Assembly (NCBI GenBank): GCA_000697335.1
Contig: JNEM01010372.1
Coordinates: 1 to 39,964 of the forward strand
DNA length: 39,964 nt
Source: Conidiobolus incongruus B7586
Lineage: Eukaryota
Direction: 5' to 3'
In this document: in pieces, positions 37,533 to 39,964 of the stretch
How positions within the stretch are numbered: the first letter of the stretch is position 1
How the letters are laid out: each line of letters opens with the position of its first letter
The notes under the pieces: model-generated
Databases searched by the model: none
Seen by the model: only the letters and a program-made list of their open reading frames with translations
What the model was told of the DNA's origin: nothing
Position numbers and translations under genes: made by a program

Positions 37533-38783
37533 ATGACTCAAATAATTAACACAATATTTTCTTTAATAATTCTAAATTATTTCTTAACATTTGAAGTATA
37601 TGCTCAATCCTCTAAAATGGTCGTAGCATACTTTGCACCTTGGGATGGTGGTGATGTTTCCACGGTACCATTTAACAAAATTACCAATATCGTATACAGT
37701 TTTGGCACTCTGACCAATTCGAAAGATCCCAGTAAAATCATGTATGATCCATTTTATGATGTGCCCAAAATGCGTCAGTTGGTGGAAGTTGGACACAGAA
37801 ATAATGTTAAAGTGTTGCTAGCAGTAGGTGGATGGACAGGGGGTAAATATTTCTCCACAATGGTGAGGTCTAAGGCGCTAAGGACGAAGTTTATAGACCA
37901 AGCTGTTACGTTGATGAAGGATCCCAAAGGTTCAAATTCCACATCGTTCGGCTTTGATGGCATCGATATTGACTGGGAATATCCTGGAGGCGGAGGTCTA
38001 GAGGGGAATGTATCCAATCCAAGTGATTCTGCTAATCTCTTAACATTCTTAAAAGAGTTCCGAGCTCGATTAACTTCGGAATTCCCCAAGAAGAAGAAAC
38101 TCATCACCGCAGCGGTTGCAACAACACCCTTCAAAGGGTCCAATGGTCAACCTTTGAGAAATGTTAGAGAGTATTTCAATTATTTAGATTATGCGAGCAT
38201 TATGGCTTACGACCTGATGGGCCCATGGTCTGCAACCACGGGTGTAAATGCTCCATTGGATTATGATCCGAGATCCAATACCCCATTGGGTTTCAATCAA
38301 GCAATCAATGCATGGCAATCCGCAGGCGCTCCCAAGGATAAACTGGTAGCAGGTACGCCAGGCTATGGCAGGTCTTTCACAGCACTATCTAACATGCTAA
38401 ATAACAAAAACAATATTTATGTTCCCAAATCTTCAACTGTACCCAAGGGAGATAGAACTGATACAAATGTTCCATGTCCACTATGTCCACCAAGCAACTC
38501 ATACTCAGGCATGTATGGCTATAAGTACTTGCGTCAAGACATCCTCAAATCCAACTATAAAACTCCCATTGCACCTTGGATCCGCACCTTTGACAGGGTC
38601 ACAAAAACGCCATGGCTCTTCAATCCACGTACCAAAATGTTTATAAGTTATGACGACCCAGATTCAATTCGGTACAAAGTCCAAAGCGCGAAGCAGAAAG
38701 GCATCGCCGGTGTCATGCTTTGGGATATTAACTATGATTATAATGCCGAAATTGTCAGTGTATTGAATACTATAAGATCTTAA
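37533..38783 (+). CDS. Secreted GH18 chitinase, 416 aa, intronless
   Basis: Signal peptide, KVLLAVGGW, catalytic FDGIDIDWEYPG (DxxDxDxE), IMAYD, FISYDD, GVMLW. First ATG at 37533. Confidence 0.96.
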   Translation: MTQIINTIFSLIILNYFLTFEVYAQSSKMVVAYFAPWDGGDVSTVPFNKITNIVYSFGTLTNSKDPSKIMYDPFYDVPKMRQLVEVGHRNNVKVLLAVGGWTGGKYFSTMVRSKALRTKFIDQAVTLMKDPKGSNSTSFGFDGIDIDWEYPGGGGLEGNVSNPSDSANLLTFLKEFRARLTSEFPKKKKLITAAVATTPFKGSNGQPLRNVREYFNYLDYASIMAYDLMGPWSATTGVNAPLDYDPRSNTPLGFNQAINAWQSAGAPKDKLVAGTPGYGRSFTALSNMLNNKNNIYVPKSSTVPKGDRTDTNVPCPLCPPSNSYSGMYGYKYLRQDILKSNYKTPIAPWIRTFDRVTKTPWLFNPRTKMFISYDDPDSIRYKVQSAKQKGIAGVMLWDINYDYNAEIVSVLNTIRS

Positions 38784-39373
38784 GATCATTTGGATAGAAT
38801 TGTTAATAAATCATATAAATAAATTTAATATAACAGAATTAATTATAATTAATAATAATAATAATAATCATAATAATGTTAAATTTTATATCTTAATATC
38901 ATATTGATCTATTATTAAGCTGATGCCAATTACTAAGAATTTAAGTGTTCATATTTATTTGATGATTACCTCAATTGAAATAAGATTCTAATTATATACT
39001 CTTAAATCATCAATATTTAAATTTTTATTTGTTAAATTATCTTTTTAGAGTATCTTGTTTTGTAACATTCTGAAGTCATAACTCAGTTTGTGCAAAAGAT
39101 ATTTTTAAAATTTTAGTATAAATCAATTTTATTCTTTTTCAATTTGAATATTGCACTATACTTAATAGATGTAAATATTACCCTAAGTTTCATAATTCAA
39201 AATATAAAAAATTAATATATATTAAAAAAGGCTAATTTGAGGTATAATTTTTAATTTATTTTATCAAAATATAATACATTGCATAGTTTAATATCAAGTA
39301 TAACTTTAACTAGTAATATATACTTGAAATTTTTCAATATTATATTTAAACTAATCAATTCAATATTTTAATA

Positions 39374-39964
39374 TTACTTCAGATTTTAAATAATGGCATT
39401 TTATTTAAATCAATTTTGAATTTAATTTCCAATATATAATTTAAAAAATAATTAAATAAATTATATTTAATACTCTATTTTATTATTATTAAATATTTGC
39501 TATATTTTTAACAAATTTTAACACTTAAAAAACTATATTTTTTATTAAACTAAAATTTGGTTTTTTATAACTCAATTTAAATTTTAATTAAATTTTTTTT
39601 AAAAAAATATAATCTTTAATTATCTAAAGCAATTATAATTAAATATATTATAAATTAGTGAGTATATACATTTTATTAATTTTTTATATTTATTTTTATT
39701 TAGAACATTTTTTTTATAGCTATAGATTTATATAATTTAAAATGATTATATATAATAATTAATAATTTGAAATTAAATATATTAATTAGAAATTAATTAA
39801 AAAATATAAAGCTTATAATAAATTAACTTATTTTTATATATTACATAAAATAATTATATGTTATTATAGTTTTTAATAATAATTCATATTGATTTAAAAA
39901 TAAAATAAATATTATATTGATTTTTTTTGATATAAATTATTTTATTTTAATATATTCTTTATTA
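39374..39964 (-). mobile_element. Third, more divergent and extremely AT-eroded mariner relic, truncated by the window end
   Basis: TA followed by TIR-like ttacttcagattttaaataatgg; collinear blocks tttgctatatttttaacaaa and aattatctaaagcaattataat match copy 1 (tttgccatacttttagcaaa, aattacccaaagcaattataat). Confidence 0.75.

Noticed and set aside
523..38646. Many short antisense or overlapping ORFs in the track (e.g. 523-828, 1657-2109, 7276-7536, 10641-11192, 22170-22439, 37775-38143)
   Set aside because: Shadow frames of real genes with no independent motifs.
530..38783. Tyrosinase, P450s and chitinase as a biosynthetic or virulence gene cluster
   Set aside because: Widely spaced and interleaved with housekeeping genes; no backbone enzyme, transporter or regulator.
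1..39964. CRISPR array, rRNA or prokaryotic/viral operon
   Set aside because: No regularly spaced repeats or rRNA-like sequence; genes are spliceosomal-intron-containing eukaryotic genes.

Overview
Very AT-rich eukaryotic DNA with short (mostly 44-56 nt) GT-AG introns. Gene content and architecture suggest an early-diverging fungus, most plausibly Zoopagomycota/Entomophthoromycotina (inference only). Host genes: secreted tyrosinase, histidine acid phosphatase, GMPPA-type mannose-1-phosphate guanylyltransferase, a 10-exon OSR1/SPAK/Fray-like STE20 kinase, a cytochrome P450 plus its tandem pseudogene, RPL9, a small Cys-rich putative GPI protein, an ankyrin protein with a PP1-docking RVxF motif, tRNA-Leu(UAA), a small PPxY membrane protein and a GH18 chitinase. 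The most striking region is a transposon island at 24.8-29.7 kb: a solo LTR, two tandem mariner (DD34D) copies, and an IR-DR Tc1 (DD34E) element nested in the second copy. A third mariner relic starts at 39.4 kb. The Tc1 and first mariner transposases keep full-length, frameshift-free frames but are riddled with C>T/G>A transitions (16 TAA/TAG stops in the Tc1), and about 5 kb contains no CpG. This looks like a repeat-targeted, RIP-like cytosine hypermutation system, possibly outside the fungal lineages where RIP is established.
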